Below are positions 19,219 to 29,846 of a stretch of DNA of 43,753 nucleotides, in pieces. The stretch is from Candidatus Eiseniibacteriota bacterium (GTDB taxonomy: Bacteria; Eisenbacteria; RBG-16-71-46). Both the position numbers and the translations under genes were made by a program. Where the stretch lies: positions 1-43,753 of the forward strand of contig JBBRLX010000036.1 of assembly GCA_038231135.1 (NCBI GenBank), read 5' to 3'. Under the pieces are notes generated by a model that saw nothing but the letters and a program-made list of their open reading frames with translations, was not told the origin of the DNA and searched no databases. The stretch's first letter is position 1. Each line of letters opens with the position of its first letter.

Positions 19219-21120
19219 ATGGGCAAGGTCATCGGTATCGATCTCGGGACCACGAATTCGTGCGTCGCGGTCATGGAGGGCGGCGAGCCCAAGGTGATCC
19301 CGAACCCCGAGGGGTTTCGCACGACTCCGTCGGTGGTGGCGTTCTCCAAGACCGGGGAGCGGCTGGTGGGCTTGGTGGCGCGCCGTCAGGCGGTGACCAA
19401 CCCCAGCAACACCGTGTATTCCATCAAGCGTTTCATGGGCCGCAAGTTCGAAGAGGTGCAGGCCGAGGCGAAGCTCGTCCCCTACAAGGTCGTGTCGGGC
19501 CCCAACGCCGACGTGCGCGTGAAGATCTCGGCCGAGGAGTTCTCCCCGCCCGAGATCTCGGCCATGATCCTGCAGAAGATGCGCCAGACCGCCGAGGACT
19601 ATCTCGGCGAGAAGGTCACCGAGGCGGTGGTGACGGTTCCCGCGTACTTCAACGACAGCCAGCGGCAGGCCACGAAGGATGCCGGCCGGATCGCCGGGCT
19701 CGACGTCAAGCGCATCATCAACGAGCCGACCGCGGCCGCGCTGGCGTACGGACTCGACAAGAAGACGGACGAGAAGATCGCCGTGTTCGACCTCGGCGGC
19801 GGCACGTTCGACATCTCCATTCTCGACATCGGCGACGGCGTGTTCGAAGTACGGTCGACGAACGGCGACACCCATCTCGGTGGCGACGACTTCGACCAGC
19901 GCGTGATCGACTTCCTCAGCTCCGAGTTCAAGAAGCAGGAGGGCATCGACCTCACGCGTGACGCGATGGCGCTGCAGCGGCTCAAGGAGGCGGCGGAGAA
20001 GGCGAAGATGGAGCTGTCCGGCACGCTCGAGACCGAGGTCAACCTGCCGTTCATCACCGCCGATCAGAACGGCCCCAAGCACCTCAACATCAAGCTCACG
20101 CGCGCCAAGCTCGAGCAGCTGGTCGAGGATCTCATCGAGCGCTGCCGCGGACCGGTGCTGCAGGCGATGAAGGACGCCAGCCTGACGGCGGCGCAGATCG
20201 ACGAGGTGGTGCTGGTCGGCGGCGCCACGCGCATGCCGCGCGTGCAGGAGCTGGTGAAGCAGATCTTCGGCAAGGAGCCGCACAAGGGCGTCAATCCGGA
20301 CGAGGTCGTGGCGATCGGTGCCGCGATCCAGGGCGGCGTGCTGGCCGGCGAAGTGCGCGACGTCGTGCTGCTCGACGTGACGCCGTTGTCGCTCGGCATC
20401 GAGACGCTGGGCGGCGTGATGACCACGCTGATCACGCGCAACACCACGGTGCCCACCCGCAAGAGCGAAGTGTTCTCGACCGCGTCCGACAACCAGACGA
20501 GCGTCGAGGTGCACGTGCTGCAGGGCGAGCGGCCGATGGCGCGCGACAACAAGACGATCGGCCGGTTCCATCTCGACGGCATCCCGCCCGCGCCGCGCGG
20601 CCTGCCGCAGGTCGAGGTGACGTTCGACATCGACTCGAATGGCATCCTGCACGTGTCGGCCAAGGACCGGGCCTCGGGCAAGGAGCAGAGCATTCGCATC
20701 GAGGCGTCGAGCGGTCTCAAGGAAGCCGAGATCCAGCAGATGGTCCACGACGCCGAGGAGCATGCGAGCGAGGACAAGCAGCGCAAGGAGACGGTCGAGA
20801 CCCGCAACCGCGCGGACAGCCTGACCTACGAGGTGGAGAAGAACCTCAAGGAGCACGCCGACAAGATCGACGCGGCGCTGAAGACTCGCATCGAGGACGC
20901 CGTGAAGGAGGTCCGCGAGGCGCTGAACACCGAGGACGGGGCCGCGATCGCGGCGGCGACCCAGAAGCTGGAGCAGGCGTGGCACGAAGCCGCGGCCGCG
21001 CTCTATCAGAACACGGCGCCGCCCGGCGATGGTGGCGGCGCGGCGCCGGCCCCGCCCGACGAGGGCGGGAAGAAGAGCGGCAGCGGCCCGGTCGACGCCG
21101 ACTTCGAAGTCGTGAACTGA
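19219..21120 (+). CDS. dnaK: Molecular chaperone DnaK (Hsp70)
   Basis: [41 protein letters not shown]-terminal DADFEVV. Confidence 0.98.
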   Translation: MGKVIGIDLGTTNSCVAVMEGGEPKVIPNPEGFRTTPSVVAFSKTGERLVGLVARRQAVTNPSNTVYSIKRFMGRKFEEVQAEAKLVPYKVVSGPNADVRVKISAEEFSPPEISAMILQKMRQTAEDYLGEKVTEAVVTVPAYFNDSQRQATKDAGRIAGLDVKRIINEPTAAALAYGLDKKTDEKIAVFDLGGGTFDISILDIGDGVFEVRSTNGDTHLGGDDFDQRVIDFLSSEFKKQEGIDLTRDAMALQRLKEAAEKAKMELSGTLETEVNLPFITADQNGPKHLNIKLTRAKLEQLVEDLIERCRGPVLQAMKDASLTAAQIDEVVLVGGATRMPRVQELVKQIFGKEPHKGVNPDEVVAIGAAIQGGVLAGEVRDVVLLDVTPLSLGIETLGGVMTTLITRNTTVPTRKSEVFSTASDNQTSVEVHVLQGERPMARDNKTIGRFHLDGIPPAPRGLPQVEVTFDIDSNGILHVSAKDRASGKEQSIRIEASSGLKEAEIQQMVHDAEEHASEDKQRKETVETRNRADSLTYEVEKNLKEHADKIDAALKTRIEDAVKEVREALNTEDGAAIAAATQKLEQAWHEAAAALYQNTAPPGDGGGAAPAPPDEGGKKSGSGPVDADFEVVN

Positions 21121-21137
21121 CGCAGCGTCCGGATCAG

Positions 21138-21165
21138 GGGTGGCGGGGCAGTCGCTCCGTCACCC
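21138..21165. terminator. GC-rich hairpin between convergent dnaK and dehydrogenase genes
   Basis: GGGTGGCGGGGC-AGTC-GCTCCGTCACCC, 12-bp stem with two G-U pairs; no U-tract. Confidence 0.45.
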
Positions 21166-21243
21166 GTCCGGCGGACACGAGGGCCCGGGTCGTCGTGGCG
21201 GGGTTCGGCGGGGTGGCGTCGGCGTCACGCCGGGGCACGGCGG

Positions 21244-22581
21244 TTACAGCCGCACGATCTTCTTCGACTTCCGCCCCTTGAACGCGTTCCGGCTGTCGAC
21301 GATGGCGCGCGAATGGCGCAGCACCGCCGGGTACGGGAACGCCTTGTGCGCGGTGGCGACCACCACGCAATCGAAGCGCCGGAGCTGCGCCGGCGTGAGC
21401 GGCACGCTCCTGAGCTTCTTGCCCGCGAATGCCAGCTCGGGCACGAACGGATCGCTGTACTCGATGCGGGCGCCGCGCAGCCGCAGCGTCTCCATGATGT
21501 CGAGCGACGGGCTCTCGCGCGTGTCGTCGATGTCGGCCTTGTAGGCCACTCCCAGCACCAGGACCCGCGAGCCGCGCACGGCGTGGCCCCGCTGGTTCAG
21601 CGCCTCGGCGACGAGATTCACGATGTGGTGCGGCATCTGGCCGTTGACCGAACCCGCGAGCTCGATGAACCGTGCTTCGAACCCGGTCGAGCGCGCCTTC
21701 CACGACAGGTAGAACGGATCGATCGGGATGCAGTGGCCGCCGAGGCCCGGGCCGGGATAGAACGGCATGAACCCGAATGGCTTGGTGGCCGCCGCCGAGA
21801 TCACCTCCCACACGTCGATGCCGAACCGCGAGCACATCAGCGCGAGTTCGTTCACGAGCCCGATGTTCACGCTGCGGAACGTGTTCTCGAGCAGCTTCAC
21901 CATCTCGGCGACCTGCGTCGAGGACACCGGCACCACGGTCTCGAGCCGCTGGCGGTAGAGCGCCACCGCCACCTCGGTGCACGCGGCCGTGACACCGCCG
22001 ACCACCTTGGGGATGTTCTTGGTCTGGAACTTGGGATTGCCGGGATCGACGCGCTCGGGAGAGAACGCGAGGAAGAAGTCCTTGCCGACGACGAGGCCGG
22101 TCTCGGTGAGCAGCGGCAGCACCAGTTCCTCGGTGGTGCCGGGGTAGGTGGTGCTCTCGAGGATCACGAGCATGCCGCGCCGGAAGTACCGCGCCACCTG
22201 CTGCGCGGCGGCCACGATGTACGACACGTCGGGGTCGCGCTGCTTGGACAGCGGCGTGGGGACGCAGATGTTCACCGAATCGCAGCGCTTGAGCATCGAG
22301 AAATCCGTGGTCGCCACCAGGTGGCCCGACTTCACGAGGGCGCGGACCTGTGCCGTCGGCACATCCTGGATGTAGGAATGTCCACGCTGCAGCTGCTTGA
22401 CCCGGGTTTCGTTGATGTCGACCCCGACCACCTGGAAGCCGGCCTCGGCGAACTCCACCGCGAGCGGCAGGCCGACGTAGCCGAGGCCGATCACGCCGAG
22501 CCGGGCGGTGCGGCGGTCGATACGGCCGAGCAGCGTGTGTTTGAGATCGGGTTTGCGCGCGGAGGTGCGTCGGGGGGGCAT
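21244..22581 (-). CDS. UDP-N-acetylhexosamine 6-dehydrogenase (WbpA/TviB/WecC family)
   Basis: GLGYVGLP, ICVPTP, LESTTYPGTT, FSPERVDPG, GLGGHCIPIDP, GVAYK..IDDTRESP. Confidence 0.92.
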   Translation of the reverse strand: MPPRRTSARKPDLKHTLLGRIDRRTARLGVIGLGYVGLPLAVEFAEAGFQVVGVDINETRVKQLQRGHSYIQDVPTAQVRALVKSGHLVATTDFSMLKRCDSVNICVPTPLSKQRDPDVSYIVAAAQQVARYFRRGMLVILESTTYPGTTEELVLPLLTETGLVVGKDFFLAFSPERVDPGNPKFQTKNIPKVVGGVTAACTEVAVALYRQRLETVVPVSSTQVAEMVKLLENTFRSVNIGLVNELALMCSRFGIDVWEVISAAATKPFGFMPFYPGPGLGGHCIPIDPFYLSWKARSTGFEARFIELAGSVNGQMPHHIVNLVAEALNQRGHAVRGSRVLVLGVAYKADIDDTRESPSLDIMETLRLRGARIEYSDPFVPELAFAGKKLRSVPLTPAQLRRFDCVVVATAHKAFPYPAVLRHSRAIVDSRNAFKGRKSKKIVRL

Positions 22582-22590
22582 GGAACGAGC

Positions 22591-22620
22591 AGGCTAGCAA
22601 AGCGCCGAAGCGGTCGTCAA
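22591..22620 (-). promoter_or_regulatory. Sigma-70-type promoter candidate, near-leaderless
   Basis: TTGACG-N18-TAGCCT with extended TGn, 9 nt upstream of ATG 22581. Confidence 0.6.
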
Positions 22621-22751
22621 TTTCCTAACGGCCCCTGCCAGCCGCCCACGCTCACACTGCACACGGACTTGACGAGCCCGAGGCCCGCGCTCAAGACTGC
22701 CGCACTTCATCACGGCCCCACGTCCGCTCACGCCGCCCAGGAATCCCCGAA

Positions 22752-23546
22752 ATGGCCACCCCCGTCGTGCACATCGCGCGCTATCGATTCCAGGGCGCCG
22801 TCCATCATGGCCGGCGCGACGGCGACACGTTCGTGCGGCTGGCGGGGCCGCCGTGGGAGACCGGGGTCCTGACGGGGGCGCGCGACGCGGCGGCGGACGT
22901 CCAGGTCCTGGCGCCGGTCGTCCCGACCAAGATCGTGTGCGTGGGGCTCAACTATCGCGCGCACATCGCCGAGAGCGTGACGCGGGTCGTCACGAACGAC
23001 GCCGGCGTTCCCCAGGAGCCGCTGCTGTTCCTCAAGCCGCCGAGCGCCGTGATCGGGCCGGGGGAGGCGATCTGCTATCCCGCGGGCGTCACCCGGCTCG
23101 ATCCCGAAGGCGAGATGGGCGTGGTGATCGGCCGCCGCGCGCGCCGCGTCCGCGCCGGCGACGCGCTCGCCCACGTGGCCGGCATCGTGTGCGTGAACGA
23201 CGTGAGTGCGCGCAACTACCAGCGCCAGGACGGCCAATGGACAAGGGCGAAGGGCTTCGATACGTTCGCCCCGATCGGCCCGTGGCTCGCGGTCGGACTC
23301 GATCCCGGCGCCCTCGCGGTCGAGTGCCGCGTCAACGGCGGGGTGCGCCAGCGCGGAACCACCTCCGACCTGCTGTTCCCGGTGCCGGTCCTCATCGAGT
23401 TCATCTCGCACATCATGACGCTCGAGCCGGGCGACGTGATCGCGACCGGCACTCCCGCCGGCGTGGCCCCGATCGAACCCGGCGACCGGGTCGAGGTCGA
23501 AGTCGAAGGGGTGGGAGTGCTGGTGAATCACGTGGAGGCCGCCTAG
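22752..23546 (+). CDS. Fumarylacetoacetate hydrolase family protein
   Basis: KIVCVGLNY, PLLFLKP, EGEMGVVIG, NDVSAR, KGFDTFAPIGP, GDVIATGTP. Confidence 0.92.
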   Translation: MATPVVHIARYRFQGAVHHGRRDGDTFVRLAGPPWETGVLTGARDAAADVQVLAPVVPTKIVCVGLNYRAHIAESVTRVVTNDAGVPQEPLLFLKPPSAVIGPGEAICYPAGVTRLDPEGEMGVVIGRRARRVRAGDALAHVAGIVCVNDVSARNYQRQDGQWTRAKGFDTFAPIGPWLAVGLDPGALAVECRVNGGVRQRGTTSDLLFPVPVLIEFISHIMTLEPGDVIATGTPAGVAPIEPGDRVEVEVEGVGVLVNHVEAA

Positions 23547-25160
23547 GTGAACGCTCCCGATCTGATCGTCACGCACGCCCGGCTGTGGTCGCGCGGGCGT
23601 AGCGTCACCGACGCCGACGCGTTCGCGGTCAAGGACGGCCGGATCGTGGCGCGGGGACGCGCGGAGCTGCTCGCGGAGCGCGGCCCGCGCACGCGCGTGA
23701 TCGATGCCTGCGGCGCCACGGTCACGCCCGGCCTCACGGACGCCCACGTGCATCTGCTGAGCTGGGCGCGCGGCCGCGCCGAGCTCGACCTGCACGGGGC
23801 GACGTCCGCGAAGGACGCCGCGCACCGCGTCGGGGAGTTCGCCGCCGCCCGGCCGGGCGCGGGCACGCTCGTCGGCCGTGGCTGGGACGCGAACGGCTGG
23901 CCGGAGCCGCCCGCGCGTGCGCTGCTCGACGCCGTGTGCCCACGGCGCCCGGTGGTGCTCCACAGCCGCGACTTCCACAACGTCTGGCTCAACTCGACGG
24001 CGCTCGCGGCCGCCGGGATCACCCGCGCCACGGTGGCGCCCGACGGCGGCGTGGTGCACCGGGACCTGGGCGGCGAGCCGACGGGCTGGCTGCAGGAACA
24101 CGCCGCAGCCCTCGCGGCGCCGCTCGAAGCCGCGTCCGGCGACGACGGCGCCAGGCTCGACGACGCGATCCGCGCGCTGCACGCCTTGGGCGTGACGGGT
24201 GTGCACGACTTCGAGGGAGCAGACGCCCACCGAATGTTGCGGCGCCGCGCCGCGGGGCCGGGACCGCGGCTCCGCACGCTGATGCACCTGCCGCATGCGC
24301 GGCTCGACGCGGCGATCGCCGTCGGCATCGAGAGCGGCCTCGGCGACGACGCGTTCCGGCTCGGCGCGGTGAAGCTGTTCGCCGACGGCACGCTGGGGTC
24401 GCGCACCGCGGCGTTGCTGGCCCCCTATGACGGCACCACCGGGACCGGCACCGAGCTGCTGTCGCCTGCCGCACTCCGCGACACGGTCGGCCGCGCGGTG
24501 GAGCACGGCTGGTCGGTGGCGGTGCACGCGATCGGTGATCGCGCGGTGCGGTCGGCGCTCGATGCGTTCGAGGCGGTGCGCGACCGGCTGCCGGGTCTGG
24601 CGCTGCCGCCGCGCATCGAACACGTGCAACTGCTCGACCCCGCCGACGCGCCGCGGTTCGCGGCGCTGGGCGTGGCGGCGAGCATGCAGCCGTCGCACTG
24701 CGTGTCCGACATTGCGCTCGCCGAACGCTGGTGGTCGTCGCGGCGGGAGTGGACGTATCCGTGGCGCGCGCTGCACGACGCGGGGGCGCGGCTCGTGTTT
24801 GGCTCCGACGCCCCGGTCGAGCCGCCGTCCGTCACGGCCGGGCTGCACGCGGCGCTTGCCCGCCGCCCGCCCGGCACGACCCGCGCGTACGTGCCGTCCC
24901 AGGCGATCGATCTCGACCTGGCGCTGTCGGCTTACACCGAAGGCCCGGCGCGGCTTGCAGGTTCCTGGCCGCGCACGGGTACGCTCGATGTCGGCGGCGT
25001 GGCCGACTTCGTGGTGTGGAACGCGGACCTCCACGGACTCGAGGCCGATGGCATCGCGGCCGCGATGCCGGCACGCACCGTGCTAGGGGGCGAAGTGGTG
25101 CACGATGCCGGGGGTGACGTAGTTCGGGAACTCGTACGTGGAGCGGGGAGACACTCGTGA
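23547..25160 (+). CDS. Amidohydrolase 3 (YtcJ-like) metal-dependent hydrolase
   Basis: PGLTDAHVH, KLFADGTLGSRTA, VHAIGDRA, RIEHVQ, FGSDAPV. Confidence 0.9.
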   Translation: MNAPDLIVTHARLWSRGRSVTDADAFAVKDGRIVARGRAELLAERGPRTRVIDACGATVTPGLTDAHVHLLSWARGRAELDLHGATSAKDAAHRVGEFAAARPGAGTLVGRGWDANGWPEPPARALLDAVCPRRPVVLHSRDFHNVWLNSTALAAAGITRATVAPDGGVVHRDLGGEPTGWLQEHAAALAAPLEAASGDDGARLDDAIRALHALGVTGVHDFEGADAHRMLRRRAAGPGPRLRTLMHLPHARLDAAIAVGIESGLGDDAFRLGAVKLFADGTLGSRTAALLAPYDGTTGTGTELLSPAALRDTVGRAVEHGWSVAVHAIGDRAVRSALDAFEAVRDRLPGLALPPRIEHVQLLDPADAPRFAALGVAASMQPSHCVSDIALAERWWSSRREWTYPWRALHDAGARLVFGSDAPVEPPSVTAGLHAALARRPPGTTRAYVPSQAIDLDLALSAYTEGPARLAGSWPRTGTLDVGGVADFVVWNADLHGLEADGIAAAMPARTVLGGEVVHDAGGDVVRELVRGAGRHS

Positions 25161-25774
25161 GCGTCGACTACAAGAACACCGAGGACGAGGCGCTGGTGCG
25201 GTTGTCGCAGGCGGGGGACACGCGCGCGTTCGACGAGCTGGTGCGCCGCTACCAGGACAAGGTGTACCGGCTGTCGTTCAAGATCCTGCGCCACGAGGAC
25301 GACGCGGCGGAGGCGCTGCAGGACGCGTTCATGTCGGCGTTCCGCGGCATCAAGAACTTCAAGGTCGAGTCGACGTTCTCCACCTGGCTCTACCGGATCG
25401 CGACGAACGCGGCGTTGATGAAGTATCGCAAGCGGCGCGACGGGCACGTGTCGCTCGAGCAGTCGCAGAGCGGCGACGACGACACCGAGGCGCTGCAGCT
25501 GCCCGACTGGACCACGCAGCCGCTCAAGGATCTGCTCGACGCCGAGACGCGCGAGGTGATGGAGGAGGGCGTCGGCCGGCTGCCCGACGAGCTGCGCACG
25601 GTGTTCGTGCTCCGCGACGTGGACGAGCTGTCCAACGCCGAGGTCGCCGAGATCCTGGACCTGTCGGTCGCGGCCGTGAAGTCGCGGCTGCATCGCGCAC
25701 GCATCATGCTGCGCGACCGCCTCAATCGCTACTTCGCGGACAAGCTCAAGCGCCGCGACCGGCCGCAGGCCTGA
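25157..25774 (+). CDS. ECF-type sigma-70 factor
   Basis: AFDELVRRY, FSTWLYRIATN, LSNAEVAEILDLSVAAVKSRLHRAR; GTGA overlap with the amidohydrolase. Confidence 0.92.
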   Translation: MSVDYKNTEDEALVRLSQAGDTRAFDELVRRYQDKVYRLSFKILRHEDDAAEALQDAFMSAFRGIKNFKVESTFSTWLYRIATNAALMKYRKRRDGHVSLEQSQSGDDDTEALQLPDWTTQPLKDLLDAETREVMEEGVGRLPDELRTVFVLRDVDELSNAEVAEILDLSVAAVKSRLHRARIMLRDRLNRYFADKLKRRDRPQA

Positions 25775-25780
25775 GCCACG

Positions 25781-26581
25781 TCATACCGAGCCGCGGACGA
25801 GAGCGATCACGATCAGTGCGGCGAACGCCACGCGGTAGATGAAGAACCCCAGGAACCCGGCGTGCCCCAGGAACCGGATCAGCGAGCGGATCGCGATCAC
25901 GCCCACGATCGCGGCCGACGCCACGCCCGCGAGCAGCACCGGCAGCGTCACGTCGCCGTGCACCATGTGCTTGAACTCCAGCACGCCGGCGCCGAACGTG
26001 ATCGGGGTGGCGAGCAGGAACGAGAACCGCGCCGCGGCCACGCGCGACAGTCCGCGCGCCCGGCCCGCGGTGATCGTGATCCCCGAGCGCGACACGCCGG
26101 GAATGAGCGCGAGCGCCTGCGCGAGGCCCACGACGATGCTGGTCGACCAGCCCGGGTTGCCCTCGGTCTGGCGGACCGGCGCGACGCGGTCCACCCACCA
26201 CAGCAGGAACCCGAACACCGCGAGCATCGCGGCCTGCAGCGGGAGGTTGCGCAGCGCGGTCTCGGCGGCGTCCTTGAGCAGCAGGCCGACGATCACAGCG
26301 GGGATCGAGGCCACGATGATCGTGAGCCAGGTGCGGATCGCGTCGGATCGCTCGGCGGCATCGCCCGAGAACACGTCGCGCGCCAGCTTCAGCCAGTCGC
26401 GGCCGAACGCGATCAGCAGCGCGACCAGCGTGCCCCAATGCAGCGCGACGTCGAACGCCAGACCGTGGTAGGTCCAGCCGAGCAGCTTCGGCACCACGTA
26501 CAGGTGCGCACTGCTCGAGATCGGCAGGAATTCCGAGAGACCCTGGATGACGCCGAGCACGATGGCCTGGAAGAACGACAT
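25781..26581 (-). CDS. uppP: Undecaprenyl-diphosphate phosphatase (BacA)
   Basis: QGLSEFLPISSSAH, ALIPGVSRSGIT, ARFSFLL; start ATG 26581. Confidence 0.95.
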   Translation of the reverse strand: MSFFQAIVLGVIQGLSEFLPISSSAHLYVVPKLLGWTYHGLAFDVALHWGTLVALLIAFGRDWLKLARDVFSGDAAERSDAIRTWLTIIVASIPAVIVGLLLKDAAETALRNLPLQAAMLAVFGFLLWWVDRVAPVRQTEGNPGWSTSIVVGLAQALALIPGVSRSGITITAGRARGLSRVAAARFSFLLATPITFGAGVLEFKHMVHGDVTLPVLLAGVASAAIVGVIAIRSLIRFLGHAGFLGFFIYRVAFAALIVIALVRGSV

Positions 26582-26589
26582 GGGGCAGC

Positions 26590-26619
26590 ACGCTAGCATG
26601 GCGCCGAATGCACCGGCAA
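26590..26619 (-). promoter_or_regulatory. Sigma-70-type promoter candidate, near-leaderless
   Basis: TTGCCG-N18-TAGCGT with extended TGn, 8 nt upstream of the uppP ATG. Confidence 0.55.
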
Positions 26620-26710
26620 ACCTCGCGCGCGCCGTGGCACGCCGCGCGGCCGCGAGGCGGCCCTCAATCGGCGGGCGTCCGGGGGCGGCGGACGGCGGCG
26701 GGAGAATGGC

Positions 26711-28294
<1,584 letters not shown>

Positions 28295-28337
28295 TGCACG
28301 TCCGGCCGCCGTCGCGCGGCGGGCCGCGGTCGCCCGC

Positions 28338-29501
28338 TCAGTCCATGTCCGGCGTCGCGCCCCGCAGCACGCGGGGAAACACCTGGAACGCGCGCAGCCG
28401 GCCGGGGCGGAACACGGCGATGATGAGCTCGAGCGCGATCCACGCGGCGTAGACCCACGTCACCTGCGAGCGCCAGCCGGGCATCAGGAACTGTACGAAC
28501 CACAGCAGGAACAGTCCGAGCGCCTCGAACGCATGGAACCGGAGATTGGCGAGCAGCAGCACGCCCAGCACGCTCTGGAGCAGCGTCAGGATCAGCTCGC
28601 CGCGGTGCTCCACCATGGGGATCGCCGCGACCCGGCCGAGCGACAGGCAGTAGGCGATCGGAATCATCGCCGCGAGCACGGTCCACTGGTTGATGTTGGA
28701 CGACGCCATGTTCATGAGCGCCATGCCCGCCTTGCCGCGGCTCCGCGCCCAGTTCGACGTGCTGACGAACTCCGGGAACTCGGACAGGAACGGCGCCACC
28801 CACTGCACGAACACGAACTGCGATATGCCGATCGTGGTGGCGATCCCCACCATGCTGGTCAGGAACGGGCCGACCGTGAGGTACAGCAGCATGGCGCCCC
28901 CGAGGAACATCGCGACGATCGTGAGGCTGCGGCGGCGGCCCGGCAGGTTCATGATCGCCCGCGGCACCACGCCCAGGTCCTCGAAGTGCTCGGCCTCGCG
29001 CGCGGGGACGCGGTTCAGCACCACCAGGTACGCGACGTAGATCGCGAGCAGCACGGCCGAGTCGACGAGCTCGAGCGAGCCCTTGCCGATGATCCAGCCG
29101 AAGTAGCCGAGCGCCGGCACCAGCCCCACGATCTCGATCGAGTGTTCGTCGTCGAGATCGATCGCAGCCCAGAACCCGGGCTCCCCGCGCGCGCGCCGCG
29201 CGATCGCAAACACCAGCCAGATCACCGGCCAGCCGAGGCCGGTCAGCAGCCGCAGCGCGCCGGTGAAGTTGGCGGTCATCAGCGCGATGTCGCGATGCCA
29301 CGCGATCACCGCCTCCACCGCGAATTCCGGCAGCACCTGGATCCACGCGAGCAGCGCGAGCGCCAGACCCTGCGACACGTAGAACTGCGCCGCCTCGGCG
29401 CCCCACGCGACCACGAACGAGCTGCCGAGGATCGCCGGGAACGTCCACACCGCGTGGACCGCGTTGCGCCGGGCTTCCTCGGGCGGCAGGGATTCGAGCA
29501 T
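28338..29501 (-). CDS. Ca2+/cation antiporter (CaCA, Na+/Ca2+ exchanger family) membrane protein
   Basis: Multiple TM helices; two alpha-repeat-like motifs VLPEFAVE...ANFTGA and FLSEFPEF...NMASSNINQWT; GAGGA RBS before ATG 29501. Confidence 0.75.
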   Translation of the reverse strand: MLESLPPEEARRNAVHAVWTFPAILGSSFVVAWGAEAAQFYVSQGLALALLAWIQVLPEFAVEAVIAWHRDIALMTANFTGALRLLTGLGWPVIWLVFAIARRARGEPGFWAAIDLDDEHSIEIVGLVPALGYFGWIIGKGSLELVDSAVLLAIYVAYLVVLNRVPAREAEHFEDLGVVPRAIMNLPGRRRSLTIVAMFLGGAMLLYLTVGPFLTSMVGIATTIGISQFVFVQWVAPFLSEFPEFVSTSNWARSRGKAGMALMNMASSNINQWTVLAAMIPIAYCLSLGRVAAIPMVEHRGELILTLLQSVLGVLLLANLRFHAFEALGLFLLWFVQFLMPGWRSQVTWVYAAWIALELIIAVFRPGRLRAFQVFPRVLRGATPDMD

Positions 29502-29749
29502 TCGGTCCTCGAAACACGCGGGCCGGGCTTTAAGACTCGCGCGGGCGGCCGATAGTGTCCGACGCGTGAGGACACCGTCAAGAACAGCCGTGCGGGCCCG
29601 TCTATCCGCGGCGGGTCGCATCGCTCACGGTCCTGCATACCGCGCCACCCGGCCGCCCGCCGCAGCGCGGTCGCGGCGTGGCGCGAGGTCGCAGCCGCCC
29701 CCTCGAAACATGGGTCCCGCGGCGGTCGCCTGCACTCGCGGGCCGGCGG

Positions 29750-29778
29750 TTGACCCGCTTGGGACCGCTGCCTAAGAT
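29750..29778 (+). promoter_or_regulatory. Sigma-70-type promoter of the bsh operon
   Basis: TTGACC-N17-TAAGAT, the closest match to consensus I found in the window. Confidence 0.7.
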
Positions 29779-29787
29779 CGGCCCGCA

Positions 29788-29841
29788 ATGACACTCTCCG
29801 CACCATCGCCACGTCCGGTCCTGCCCTGTTGCTCGCGTTGA
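29788..29841 (+). CDS. Candidate 17-aa leaderless leader peptide MTLSAPSPRPVLPCCSR
   Basis: ATG 9 nt after the -10 box (same geometry as other genes here); tandem Cys codons TGT TGC; stop 5 nt before the bshC ATG. Confidence 0.35.
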   Translation: MTLSAPSPRPVLPCCSR

Positions 29842-29846
29842 GCCGC

